IMG/VR virus record: IMGVR_UViG_3300020045_005296
Location: 1-30,300 of that record
Source of the DNA: a virus
Lineage: Duplodnaviria; Caudoviricetes
Strand: one strand, 5' to 3'
Length of the DNA: 30,300 bases
A model generated the notes under the pieces. The model made no database searches. It was given only the letters and a program-made list of their open reading frames with translations, and was not told the origin of the DNA. This document shows, in pieces, positions 1 through 7,443 of the stretch; the first letter of the stretch is position 1; the number at the start of each line of letters is the position of its first letter. The translations under genes and the position numbers were made by a program.

Positions 1-1
1 T

Positions 2-1087
2 TTAGCCATTGGTTTTACCTTCGCATTTGGCTGCTGATTCAAACTCATAGCAGACTGCGCAAGAGCATTTTTTACAAATAAAAACAGAACAAAGCTTAGA
101 CCTAACTAAAACCGCCTCTGTTTCAGAAAAGCCACATAAAGAACAATTCATAAATGAATTTTTTTTTGCTTTGATTAGCTCGATATGATTTAAATTGTGC
201 TCGTTAGCCTCACGGTGCTCGTTTAGTTTGGCGAGTAGGGCGTGACCTTTGGCAGTGCGTAAAAAATCGCTACAAACTTCCTGCGAAACTCTTGCATAAG
301 CTGCCAATGAATCTGTAAATTCTAAAATTATCTCACGCACATCTTGCTCGGTTATACGCTGGGGTTGTTCAGTAGGCTGCTTAGCAAAGACTCGATGGAC
401 AACTTTACACGCCCAGCTCTGTGCTTCGAATGAAGGCCATTTACCCAAAGTGTCTAACGTTATGTCATTTATCTCAGCATCCGTTATTTTAGGCGCTGCG
501 CTATCGGGCTGCTCGACAATAGGCACCCTTGATGTTAATTCATTTACAATGTGTTTATATAATTCAGGTCTATTAAATATTGCGCTATCTGGATATTCAG
601 CACTTGGCGTAGGGGTGGATAGCATGGCGTTGCGCAAGTGTGACCGCCAGAAATAAGGCGCTGGCTTGCCGCGAAAATACTGTGATGTAGGGCAAGTAAA
701 ATCACCTTCTTCGCCAAGCAGCCATTGAATAGTTTCAGTTTTAACTGGTGTATAATCAGAAGGCACAACCACTGCTGGCCGACCATAAACCAAATCTTCA
801 AACGTTCGGGCATCAAGGGGAGGCTCGCGATTTAATGCCTTTTCTAAAATTTGAAAAGCTTTTTCAGCAACCGAACCACCGAGCGGCGTTAGCGGGCGCA
901 CTAATTTATCAATAGGTTCAAATAAATCTTGCCACTCTTTATTGATTGCGATTAATCGCTCAATCGCTTTTTTGGTATCTTCGCCAGAAACAAAATTTTC
1001 AAGATGTGAATTTAATTCAATAGCGCTATTGTAAAATGAACCATTTTCTAAAAAACTTTTTAATAGATCAATAGGTGCCTTTTTCAT
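2..1087 (-). CDS. Mosaic phage early protein (361 aa) with C-terminal ClpX-type C4 zinc-finger-like motif
   Basis: Likely start ATG 1087 (ATGA overlap with the upstream gene). C-terminal CSLCGFSETEAVLV...VFICKKC. Internal repeated segments PKITDAEINDI / QRITEQDVREII. Confidence 0.7.
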   Translation of the reverse strand: MKKAPIDLLKSFLENGSFYNSAIELNSHLENFVSGEDTKKAIERLIAINKEWQDLFEPIDKLVRPLTPLGGSVAEKAFQILEKALNREPPLDARTFEDLVYGRPAVVVPSDYTPVKTETIQWLLGEEGDFTCPTSQYFRGKPAPYFWRSHLRNAMLSTPTPSAEYPDSAIFNRPELYKHIVNELTSRVPIVEQPDSAAPKITDAEINDITLDTLGKWPSFEAQSWACKVVHRVFAKQPTEQPQRITEQDVREIILEFTDSLAAYARVSQEVCSDFLRTAKGHALLAKLNEHREANEHNLNHIELIKAKKNSFMNCSLCGFSETEAVLVRSKLCSVFICKKCSCAVCYEFESAAKCEGKTNG

Positions 1088-1236
1088 TTTTGTCTCCACA
1101 TTAACAAACATTCGTAGTCTTTCATGTCTCGTGTGCAACCGTGCATATATGTGCGCTTTTCAAATATAGAAACGGCCAGCCAGAAAATGAAAACAAAAAC
1201 ACAGAAAGCGAAAAATTTTCTAAATAAATCTATCAT
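1084..1236 (-). CDS. Small membrane protein (50 aa), not in ORF track
   Basis: Manual translation MIDLFRKFFAFCVFVFIFWLAVSIFEKRTYMHGCTRDMKDYECLLMWRQK; one hydrophobic segment; fills the gap exactly with a stop/start overlap. Confidence 0.7.
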   Translation of the reverse strand: MIDLFRKFFAFCVFVFIFWLAVSIFEKRTYMHGCTRDMKDYECLLMWRQK

Positions 1237-1239
1237 ATT

Positions 1240-1440
1240 TTAACCCTTTGCGTGTTCGCGTTGAATTCGTTTAGATTCCACCCAGCAGGAAAAAGCTAGT
1301 TTTACTTCTGGGAGGCCGTATTCGTTGTTTGGTTCTCTTCTAAAATCAAGCTTTGGAAGATAGCCGAACTCTGTTCTTATTTCTTCTGATTTTTTAACAG
1401 CGAATTTTTCAAACTCTTTTTGATCTTCTGTCTTTTTCAT
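1240..1440 (-). CDS. Hypothetical phage protein (66 aa)
   Basis: ORF track; tightly packed in the leftward operon. Confidence 0.7.
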   Translation of the reverse strand: MKKTEDQKEFEKFAVKKSEEIRTEFGYLPKLDFRREPNNEYGLPEVKLAFSCWVESKRIQREHAKG

Positions 1441-1441
1441 T

Positions 1442-1627
1442 TCACAACCTCAAAGTGCTTTCAGTAGTGCAAGAAATTATTTTACTTTTAGCCGCTATAA
1501 AATGAACCCATTCAAAAGAAACACTGTGAACAACCAAACCATGATCATCATGAATCTTTTGAACAACTTCTGAAATTTCTTTTTGTAAAATTGCCTCAAT
1601 GCTGATTTTTACTTTCGATTCTGCCAT
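1442..1627 (-). CDS. Hypothetical phage protein (61 aa)
   Basis: ORF track; ATG start; packed between neighbours. Confidence 0.65.
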   Translation of the reverse strand: MAESKVKISIEAILQKEISEVVQKIHDDHGLVVHSVSFEWVHFIAAKSKIISCTTESTLRL

Positions 1628-1901
1628 TTTCTTCTAACCCTTGTAGATTTTTATTGATAATTTGCAATTCTTTGATTATTTCTGATTGTAAATTTAATTG
1701 CTTCAAAAGAGACTGATTATAATCACAGATAAGATTAAAACCTCTTTCAAAAATAGACGCTTTTGTGTCAGATTTTTTAGAGCGCAAAATCAAATCATCT
1801 ATAATTTTTACACATTGTTTCAAAAACTTCCCATGTCTAAAAAACGCCACGGAATAGCCAAGAAGAAAAATAAATATGTAAGAAAGTATTGTTAAAATCA
1901 T
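1596..1901 (-). CDS. Hypothetical protein with N-terminal membrane anchor and coiled coil
   Basis: MILTILSYIFIFLLGYSVAFF hydrophobic start; ATGA overlap with the upstream gene. Confidence 0.65.
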   Translation of the reverse strand: MILTILSYIFIFLLGYSVAFFRHGKFLKQCVKIIDDLILRSKKSDTKASIFERGFNLICDYNQSLLKQLNLQSEIIKELQIINKNLQGLEENGRIESKNQH

Positions 1902-2086
1902 TTTAAATTATTTCCATTTATGAGTTTATCGGATTCAATTTTTAAACGCGCTTCTAAATCTTTTATTTCATTTTTGCAAAAATCAATTTCGATTTGAAGC
2001 TTTGAGAGATTTTTATTTTCTTGTGCAATTGCTTGGTGCAAAAGTTGAACTTTTCTAAGCTGGCTACCGTGGCTTATATCAACCAT
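1898..2086 (-). CDS. Hypothetical coiled-coil protein (62 aa)
   Basis: ORF track; TAATG coupling with the upstream gene. Confidence 0.65.
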   Translation of the reverse strand: MVDISHGSQLRKVQLLHQAIAQENKNLSKLQIEIDFCKNEIKDLEARLKIESDKLINGNNLK

Positions 2087-2379
2087 TAAAGTTCACCGAC
2101 TAAATCATTTACAATTTCTAAAAGAATAAAAACTTTAGATTCTAAATTTTCGATAATGTTTTTATTAGGATCATCTTTTTGAATAATTTTTAATTTTCTT
2201 AATGAAATCTTTTTAAGCCGATCAATTCTGAATTCGTTTTTTCTACGATCAAAATAATTAGATGCTTGGGTGCGATTGTATCCATAGTAATCTTGGATAG
2301 TGTTTATCTTCTCCATTGTTTTTATTTTATAAAAACTTTCTTGAGATAATTCGTTTTTAAGTTGTTCAGTGTTTGTCAT
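2086..2379 (-). CDS. Hypothetical phage protein (97 aa)
   Basis: ORF track; packed operon. Confidence 0.65.
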   Translation of the reverse strand: MTNTEQLKNELSQESFYKIKTMEKINTIQDYYGYNRTQASNYFDRRKNEFRIDRLKKISLRKLKIIQKDDPNKNIIENLESKVFILLEIVNDLVGEL

Positions 2380-2624
2380 TTTGAGAGCCTTTAGGCTTAC
2401 GATTAGCAGAAATTAATTTGTTCCATTTTGCTTCTACTTCTGTCAATCTATTTTCTAAAAATTCTACTTTTTTAAGAATTTCTAGTATTCCTTCTTCCTG
2501 TTCGCCGCAATGGTGCTCGGTCTCATAGTCGCACCAAGGGGCAAGTTCTTTTCTTGCGAATCATCTCGATTAGAGAAGGTTCTACAAGTTCGGCACCACA
2601 ATCTTTGCAATATGCGTATGGCAT
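2366..2624 (-). pseudogene. Zinc-ribbon plus coiled-coil small protein interrupted by one extra C
   Basis: MPYAYCKDCGAELV...RTCP continues as WCDYETEHHCGEQEEGILEILKKVEFLENRLTEVEAK... only if one C of the C4 run (2538-2541) is skipped, which restores a second CxxC. Confidence 0.65.
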
Positions 2625-2884
2625 TATTTTCTTCTCCAATCATTAGTCCAAAATGGCATTTTGTGTTTTGGGGTTTCTATTTTCTGACTATCTAATTTTG
2701 ATAATTCTTCAGTCAATGAAGAAAAAGAATCAATTGTGACCATTGTGGTTTTATTGGCTATTATGATAGCCTCGTCTAAAGCTCTTAAGTGCAGAATAAT
2801 ATGTTGAACGCTTTTGTGGCCAGCAATTCCGTATAGCTGCAAACATAAAGCGCGTTCGCCTATTGGGTTAGTCGTTATTGTCAT
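2624..2884 (-). CDS. Hypothetical phage protein (about 86 aa)
   Basis: 3' part of ORF 2624-3058; ATG 2884 has GGAG 10 nt upstream and avoids a long overlap with the upstream gene. Confidence 0.6.
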   Translation of the reverse strand: MTITTNPIGERALCLQLYGIAGHKSVQHIILHLRALDEAIIIANKTTMVTIDSFSSLTEELSKLDSQKIETPKHKMPFWTNDWRRK

Positions 2885-3170
2885 CAAAACCATTCTCCCA
2901 ACTTTCCAAATATTCAGACACGGCAATTTTTTCTTTAATCGGCAAACGCTCAAATAAAGCTTTGGCGATTTTCTTGTGTGCGATATTATGTGGCGGGTCG
3001 TTGAAGTTGCCTTTTTCGTCAACATAATAAAAAAGGTTGACTTGCGACATAGGTTCACCGCTTTTTTCAGGATCGAATAAAACGATAGATTTGTACAAAT
3101 CTTTTTCAGTTACGCCGCTTTTCAACAAAGCTTTGTAGGCTTCGTCTGTGAATCCGTAATGAGTTTTCAT
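2868..3170 (-). CDS. Hypothetical phage protein (100 aa)
   Basis: ORF track; first gene after the promoter at 3309-3337. Confidence 0.75.
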   Translation of the reverse strand: MKTHYGFTDEAYKALLKSGVTEKDLYKSIVLFDPEKSGEPMSQVNLFYYVDEKGNFNDPPHNIAHKKIAKALFERLPIKEKIAVSEYLESWENGFDDNND

Positions 3171-3308
3171 TTAATTTAAACCCGCTCTTAACAGGATGGA
3201 TCATTAATTTTAATCAGAGGCCGCTAGTGACCAACATAAAAGCAGGCGGAACCCATTCTACGTCTAGCGGCATGATTAAAAACTCGCTAGCTGACGACCA
3301 GCAAAAAC

Positions 3309-3337
3309 AGTATATATATACTATCTTTGGTTGTCAA
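3309..3337 (-). promoter_or_regulatory. Sigma70-type promoter
   Basis: Minus strand reads TTGACA (3337-3332), 17 nt, TATACT (3314-3309). Confidence 0.85.
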
Positions 3338-3338
3338 A

Positions 3339-4940
3339 CTATTCCCAACGATCAATAGAATATTGAAAAATAACATCATTTATTTTAACGCTAACTAAAC
3401 ACTTCCATTCTTGGTGTGTGTCGGTAAACATTAAGCCCGCAGCACTTTGTTGATCGTGGCCACTGGCTTTGCGAGTTTTCGAATAAGCTTCAATTACCGA
3501 GCGCATCCCGTGGAATTCTGATTTCAGCGTTTCAGGAAACAGACACAATTCATCATTGTTCAAATCTTTGCAACCATCAATGATAAACATGACACCTTTT
3601 GCATGATGTGAATATTCACCCTTCCACATTGAAGGCTTTAAACAAACCGCATTAACTTTGTGGAATTTTTGCGCTGATAAATTAAAATCTGAAGCAAGTC
3701 GGCCACCATGATAAAAATAATGTGACACGGGGTTTCTATTTTCTTCATTGTCCCATTGTAAAATAGGTGGCGCGCTCATATCTTCAGCGGTTAATAAAGA
3801 TGAAAAAGATTGACGCGAACCACTTACAAAAATTTGAATTTCTTCAGCATTCGGCAAAACGTTTTCTAAAAAGTTAACCCACGTTATTTTTTTAGGTGGC
3901 GTTACCAAGTCAATCGCTTTTTCATCTTTTGGCTTTAGATGCCCAAAAACACCATTAGATTCTTGGGCGACTTCTTTTGGCTTCCATAATGCTTTCACAT
4001 CATCCAAGCGAGCAAAGCGGCGACCTAATGAGCGTTGAGCGCCTAGTTTTTCAAAAGCTTTTTCAGCCGCTTCAATAGCGCCAGAAGTTGGTGGGGCTTT
4101 TGGACACTGATAATTTAAACCATACATTTTAGATGCGAAGCGTTTTTTAATATCTTCAAAAGCTAAACCTTTTGCAATATCTTCTAACAGCGTTCCAATC
4201 ATTGACGATTTAGGATGGCAGAAGCCAGCGGGCGCAGTAGCTATTTCTTGCCATGATAAATTAACTTTGTTTCTAGTGTTTTTAGAATTTTTTCTAATCG
4301 CGTGAATCTTATCTAAAAACTGTGCTTGACCTAACACTTTTTCGGAACGATAAAGCGTATCGGCTTCTAAAATTGTCAATGCTGTTTTTACAACTTTTTC
4401 AGGGAATTCAGAAAGCGCATACATCACATTCTTAAAATCTTCTGACTTTTCAACACTGTGTTGAAAAGCTGTTTTTGATGCGTTTTTGTAAATCATTGAA
4501 GCAGATGGCTTAATTGCCAAGTGCGACCAATTGCCAGTGGTAGGCGTTCCGTAAACTTTTTCAGAAGAAACGAAAACATTGGTGATTTTGGATTTTTGAA
4601 GCGCAACTATAATGTCGAAAATAGAAGTTTTGTATTCCTCGGGGGCGTCATTTATATTCCACATAGCAGGAACTAAAGAGCCATCTGGATCAACAATCAC
4701 TAACCCAGCGTAACGCTCGATAAAATGGCGGCAACAATGGCAGTTATTAAACTGGCGTTGATCTTCAGGAATATTGTTTAAAAACGTCTCCCATAGATTT
4801 TTAGCGTCTGTTTCAAAAATTGGCGTTTGTCCGTTGTTTGAATTTGTAATGAAACGATTATTTAAACGCTCAATAAAAGCGTGATAATCGGTGTCGTCTT
4901 TGTTGCCTTGTCGCACTTTTGTTAATTCTAAAGTTTTCAT
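3339..4940 (-). CDS. Large conserved-type phage hypothetical protein (533 aa) with NCHCCRHFI motif
   Basis: Long ORF; likely start ATG 4940 after an AGGTGA RBS; Cys/His cluster near the N-terminus. Confidence 0.85.
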   Translation of the reverse strand: MKTLELTKVRQGNKDDTDYHAFIERLNNRFITNSNNGQTPIFETDAKNLWETFLNNIPEDQRQFNNCHCCRHFIERYAGLVIVDPDGSLVPAMWNINDAPEEYKTSIFDIIVALQKSKITNVFVSSEKVYGTPTTGNWSHLAIKPSASMIYKNASKTAFQHSVEKSEDFKNVMYALSEFPEKVVKTALTILEADTLYRSEKVLGQAQFLDKIHAIRKNSKNTRNKVNLSWQEIATAPAGFCHPKSSMIGTLLEDIAKGLAFEDIKKRFASKMYGLNYQCPKAPPTSGAIEAAEKAFEKLGAQRSLGRRFARLDDVKALWKPKEVAQESNGVFGHLKPKDEKAIDLVTPPKKITWVNFLENVLPNAEEIQIFVSGSRQSFSSLLTAEDMSAPPILQWDNEENRNPVSHYFYHGGRLASDFNLSAQKFHKVNAVCLKPSMWKGEYSHHAKGVMFIIDGCKDLNNDELCLFPETLKSEFHGMRSVIEAYSKTRKASGHDQQSAAGLMFTDTHQEWKCLVSVKINDVIFQYSIDRWE

Positions 4941-4941
4941 A

Positions 4942-5162
4942 TTATTCACCTGTTTGATTTAAAACGTTTGTTGATTCTTCAATATACTGATTATAAAAAT
5001 CAGCACATTTTACCCACTCGCCAGTTTCAGGATTCATGAAAGTGGCAAAAACATCACCTACCGCACTTACATCTATTAAATTAGATTCATCATAATCTAT
5101 CGGCAAAACACAATAAGGCCGTGATTAGATGTGTATCTTTTGTATCTTGCTTGCTGGTGCAT
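4942..5162 (-). pseudogene. Small protein apparently split by one missing T
   Basis: MHQQARYKRYTSNHGLIVF continues in the -1 frame as LPIDYDESNLIDVSAVGDVFATFMNPETGEWVKCADFY...GE*; the junction is a T4 run (5105-5108). The 221-nt span fills the gap exactly. Confidence 0.5.
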
Positions 5163-5166
5163 CTTT

Positions 5167-5352
5167 TTAACCTCTCATTTGTTTTTCAAGGCGTTGATCA
5201 AGTTCACGAATTATTTTATTCAAACGCTTAATCTTGCCTTTATCGCGAATAGTTTTAGGCTTTGACTTTTCTTCACTCAAATCAAATTTTAAATCATTTA
5301 ATTCATTTGAAGCTCTTTGCATTTGGTCAAAGGCTTCTGCAAAAGATTTCAT
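5167..5352 (-). CDS. Hypothetical coiled-coil protein (61 aa)
   Basis: ORF track; ATGA overlap. Confidence 0.65.
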   Translation of the reverse strand: MKSFAEAFDQMQRASNELNDLKFDLSEEKSKPKTIRDKGKIKRLNKIIRELDQRLEKQMRG

Positions 5353-5495
5353 TTATGTTTCGCCTCAATTTTTACTATTTGATCAATAGTTTTAATCCAT
5401 CTATCTTTATCAATCATATTGCCACTATTATACCATTTTTCAAAATAGTATTTTTTCTTTAATCGAAGAAACAATAAATTTAAAAACTTTTTCAT
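5349..5495 (-). CDS. Hypothetical protein (48 aa)
   Basis: MKKFLNLLF... start at ATG 5495 overlapping the upstream stop (ATGA), with GGTGGA upstream. Confidence 0.55.
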   Translation of the reverse strand: MKKFLNLLFLRLKKKYYFEKWYNSGNMIDKDRWIKTIDQIVKIEAKHK

Positions 5496-5656
5496 AGTCC
5501 ACCATTTAATAAATATAAAAGCTTTTCGGTGTTTTCTTGATCGAAACATTCACAAATAAGCTCATCGTCTTTCTTTTCGTTGAAAAGATAAATTCTTGAA
5601 AAATAACCAGTTTGATTATTGATCGAATAATTAGCGTAATAATGTTTTCTTTTCAT
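5492..5656 (-). CDS. Hypothetical protein (54 aa), not in ORF track
   Basis: MKRKHYYANYSINNQTGYFSRIYLFNEKKDDELICECFDQENTEKLLYLLNGGL; GGAG RBS upstream. Confidence 0.65.
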   Translation of the reverse strand: MKRKHYYANYSINNQTGYFSRIYLFNEKKDDELICECFDQENTEKLLYLLNGGL

Positions 5657-5709
5657 TTTAGCTCCAAATAATATTTTTAAAAATTAATTAAACGTTTAAA
5701 AATATTTTC

Positions 5710-5730
5710 TAGAAAGCGCCCGAAGGCGCT
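5710..5730 (-). terminator. Intrinsic terminator-like hairpin
   Basis: Minus strand AGCGCC-TTCG-GGCGCT (C-UUCG-G tetraloop) followed by a short T-rich tail, just after the stop of 5743-5934. Confidence 0.65.
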
Positions 5731-5742
5731 ATTTATTCCGTG

Positions 5743-5934
5743 TTAGTGTGTTTTGATTTCTTCGATTTTGGTGTGGTGAACTCTTTGAATATGACCACGG
5801 GCGCTATTTTTTGCCTTTGCCAATTCGCTCGCATCATACGGAATCAAAACCTGTTTATATTCGCCAGTTTCGCCACTTTGGATAATGTGAACAGGGCGAC
5901 CATTGCTTTTTAATTTGTGGGTGTGTTGTAACAT
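5743..5934 (-). CDS. Hypothetical phage protein (63 aa)
   Basis: ORF track; GAGG RBS; followed by a hairpin. Confidence 0.75.
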   Translation of the reverse strand: MLQHTHKLKSNGRPVHIIQSGETGEYKQVLIPYDASELAKAKNSARGHIQRVHHTKIEEIKTH

Positions 5935-5970
5935 TTTTTGTTTCCTCGTTGTTTTTGCCGATATTGGCGG

Positions 5971-6123
5971 TTAAATAATTCTAACTTCAAATCCTAAACA
6001 GTGAAAAGCAATAACTCTTAGGCGCTGGTTTTCGTTTTGAAAGCTTCCATCTGTGCGGCTAAGGCCTAAATTTATTTCATAATTCCAGAAGCCATGCCAG
6101 TTTTTACAAATCACAATGAACAT
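5971..6123 (-). CDS. Hypothetical protein (50 aa), not in ORF track
   Basis: MFIVICKNWHGFWNYEINLGLSRTDGSFQNENQRLRVIAFHCLGFEVRII; AGGTGA RBS. Confidence 0.55.
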   Translation of the reverse strand: MFIVICKNWHGFWNYEINLGLSRTDGSFQNENQRLRVIAFHCLGFEVRII

Positions 6124-6125
6124 TA

Positions 6126-6393
6126 TTATTCACCTTTCAAAAGTTTCTTTATTTGCTCTGGGTTGTAATCTTTGCTATTGGGGGTCACTTTCTTCTAATA
6201 GCGTTAAATCGCAACATAATTTTAAAAGCACTTTATCATCCAACTCTATTGCGCGTTCCGCAACTTTTGACAATTTTTCAGCGAGGATTTGCAAAGGTTT
6301 TTCCAATATTCCAGCGCCGTGATTATTCAATACTTCGCGCAATAAATTTGGTGTATGAATTTTCCAATCGTTTGATAAATTTTCAGTTTGCAT
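6126..6393 (-). CDS. Hypothetical phage protein, C-terminus apparently shifted by one extra C
   Basis: The ORF-track product stops at EESDPQ (6175). Removing one C of the C5 run (6180-6184) gives ...EESDPNSKDYNPEQIKKLLKGE*, ending 2 nt before the next start. Confidence 0.6.
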
Positions 6394-6394
6394 T

Positions 6395-6508
6395 TTAATA
6401 ACTCCACGCCATTTTAACTAATGCGCTTATTTGTAAAGGCGTAAATCCAAGCGCTAATAAACAAGACCAAATATCAACACTTTCACTATAAGATATATTT
6501 ATTTTCAT
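6395..6508 (-). CDS. Hypothetical peptide (37 aa)
   Basis: MKINISYSESVDIWSCLLALGFTPLQISALVKMAWSY; AAGGA RBS; fills the gap. Confidence 0.5.
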   Translation of the reverse strand: MKINISYSESVDIWSCLLALGFTPLQISALVKMAWSY

Positions 6509-6520
6509 TTTATTTAATCC

Positions 6521-6679
6521 TTAAGCGTTCAATTGTTTCAAAGCTTTATCAGCGTAGCGATTCGCGCCACCTTCAGTTTTAAAGTTTTTTGGTGGGTAGG
6601 CGATTGAGAGAATCATTTTATCGCCTTCCATTCTGTAGATAGTGACTTTAAAGCTATGTTTTATTTCTGCGAACCACAT
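6521..6679 (-). CDS. Hypothetical protein (52 aa)
   Basis: MWFAEIKHSFKVTIYRMEGDKMILSIAYPPKNFKTEGGANRYADKALKQLNA; GAGG RBS. Confidence 0.65.
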   Translation of the reverse strand: MWFAEIKHSFKVTIYRMEGDKMILSIAYPPKNFKTEGGANRYADKALKQLNA

Positions 6680-6680
6680 T

Positions 6681-6851
6681 TTATTTAGCCTCATTCAATT
6701 CAGCCAAATATTTAACAATTGGAACCGCTTCATATTTTGCCGTATTTAGCATTTCAACTTTGCGAAAATCAAAAGTTTCCATGATTACTTCTTTTGTTTC
6801 TTTATTGCGAATTACCCAAGACGCTGGATTATTTAAAAGGTGTTCGGTCAT
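6681..6851 (-). CDS. Hypothetical phage protein (56 aa)
   Basis: MTEHLLNNPASWVIRNKETKEVIMETFDFRKVEMLNTAKYEAVPIVKYLAELNEAK; abuts both neighbours. Confidence 0.7.
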   Translation of the reverse strand: MTEHLLNNPASWVIRNKETKEVIMETFDFRKVEMLNTAKYEAVPIVKYLAELNEAK

Positions 6852-6853
6852 TA

Positions 6854-7108
6854 TTAGGCCGCTATTTCTAATGATTTTAAATAAACACCGATCAAACCAG
6901 CAGCAACATATTCATTAACACGATTTTTAATATTTTCATAACGCATTTCTAACAACTCTACAGCCTTGGCAGTTGTGCCGCCTTTCATTTCTTGACGAAT
7001 TTCAGAAGCTACCTTTTCGCGGGCTTCTTTAGTTACAAATTCCATGATGATTTTATTACTTTTATAGCCTTCTATGGTTTTTGTAGCTTTTTTGATTAAT
7101 TCGCTCAT
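6854..7108 (-). CDS. Hypothetical protein (84 aa), first gene of the leftward block
   Basis: ORF track; adjacent to the divergent intergenic region. Confidence 0.75.
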   Translation of the reverse strand: MSELIKKATKTIEGYKSNKIIMEFVTKEAREKVASEIRQEMKGGTTAKAVELLEMRYENIKNRVNEYVAAGLIGVYLKSLEIAA

Positions 7109-7443
7109 TTTCTCGTTTTCCTGTGTTTTTGTCGTTTCGTTGGATTCATACTATCACAATAAAAACGTTTGTATATACTATTTTGAAAATATTTTGAAAA
7201 ATAGTGATCCAAAAACCTGAAACCCTTATACAGCCTAGCTTTCAAGCCATTATGCGTATATATTGACGCATCTTCTATATACTATTTTTTATCGAAATGG
7301 CTCGCAAACCCCTATTCACTCAGCTATATTGCTGGCGCGGGTAGCTCCCGCACTGCTTTGACCGCGCTTTTCTGGGGTTTTCAATCCCGAATTCTGGGAA
7401 AGCGCGTTTTTATTGCAGTCACATATAATGGGATAATCTATAA
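7109..7443. promoter_or_regulatory. Divergent control region
   Basis: Strand switch point. Contains two TATATACTATTTT copies, tandem TATTTTGAAAA (7179-7200), an ACTATTTT/AAAATAGT inverted repeat (7177-7205) and GC-rich hairpins at 7337-7406. Confidence 0.75.

Noticed and set aside
5098-6177. Stop-codon (TAG) reassignment as the cause of split genes
   Set aside because: Read-through does not join the halves at 5098 because the frames differ; TAG ends normal genes (10184, 11302, 18965); long genes are open in the standard code.
7363-7406. Resemblance of GGGGTTTTCAATCCCG to C4/P4-CI antisense RNA stems
   Set aside because: No cloverleaf, paired target repeats or ash/icd-ant gene found nearby.
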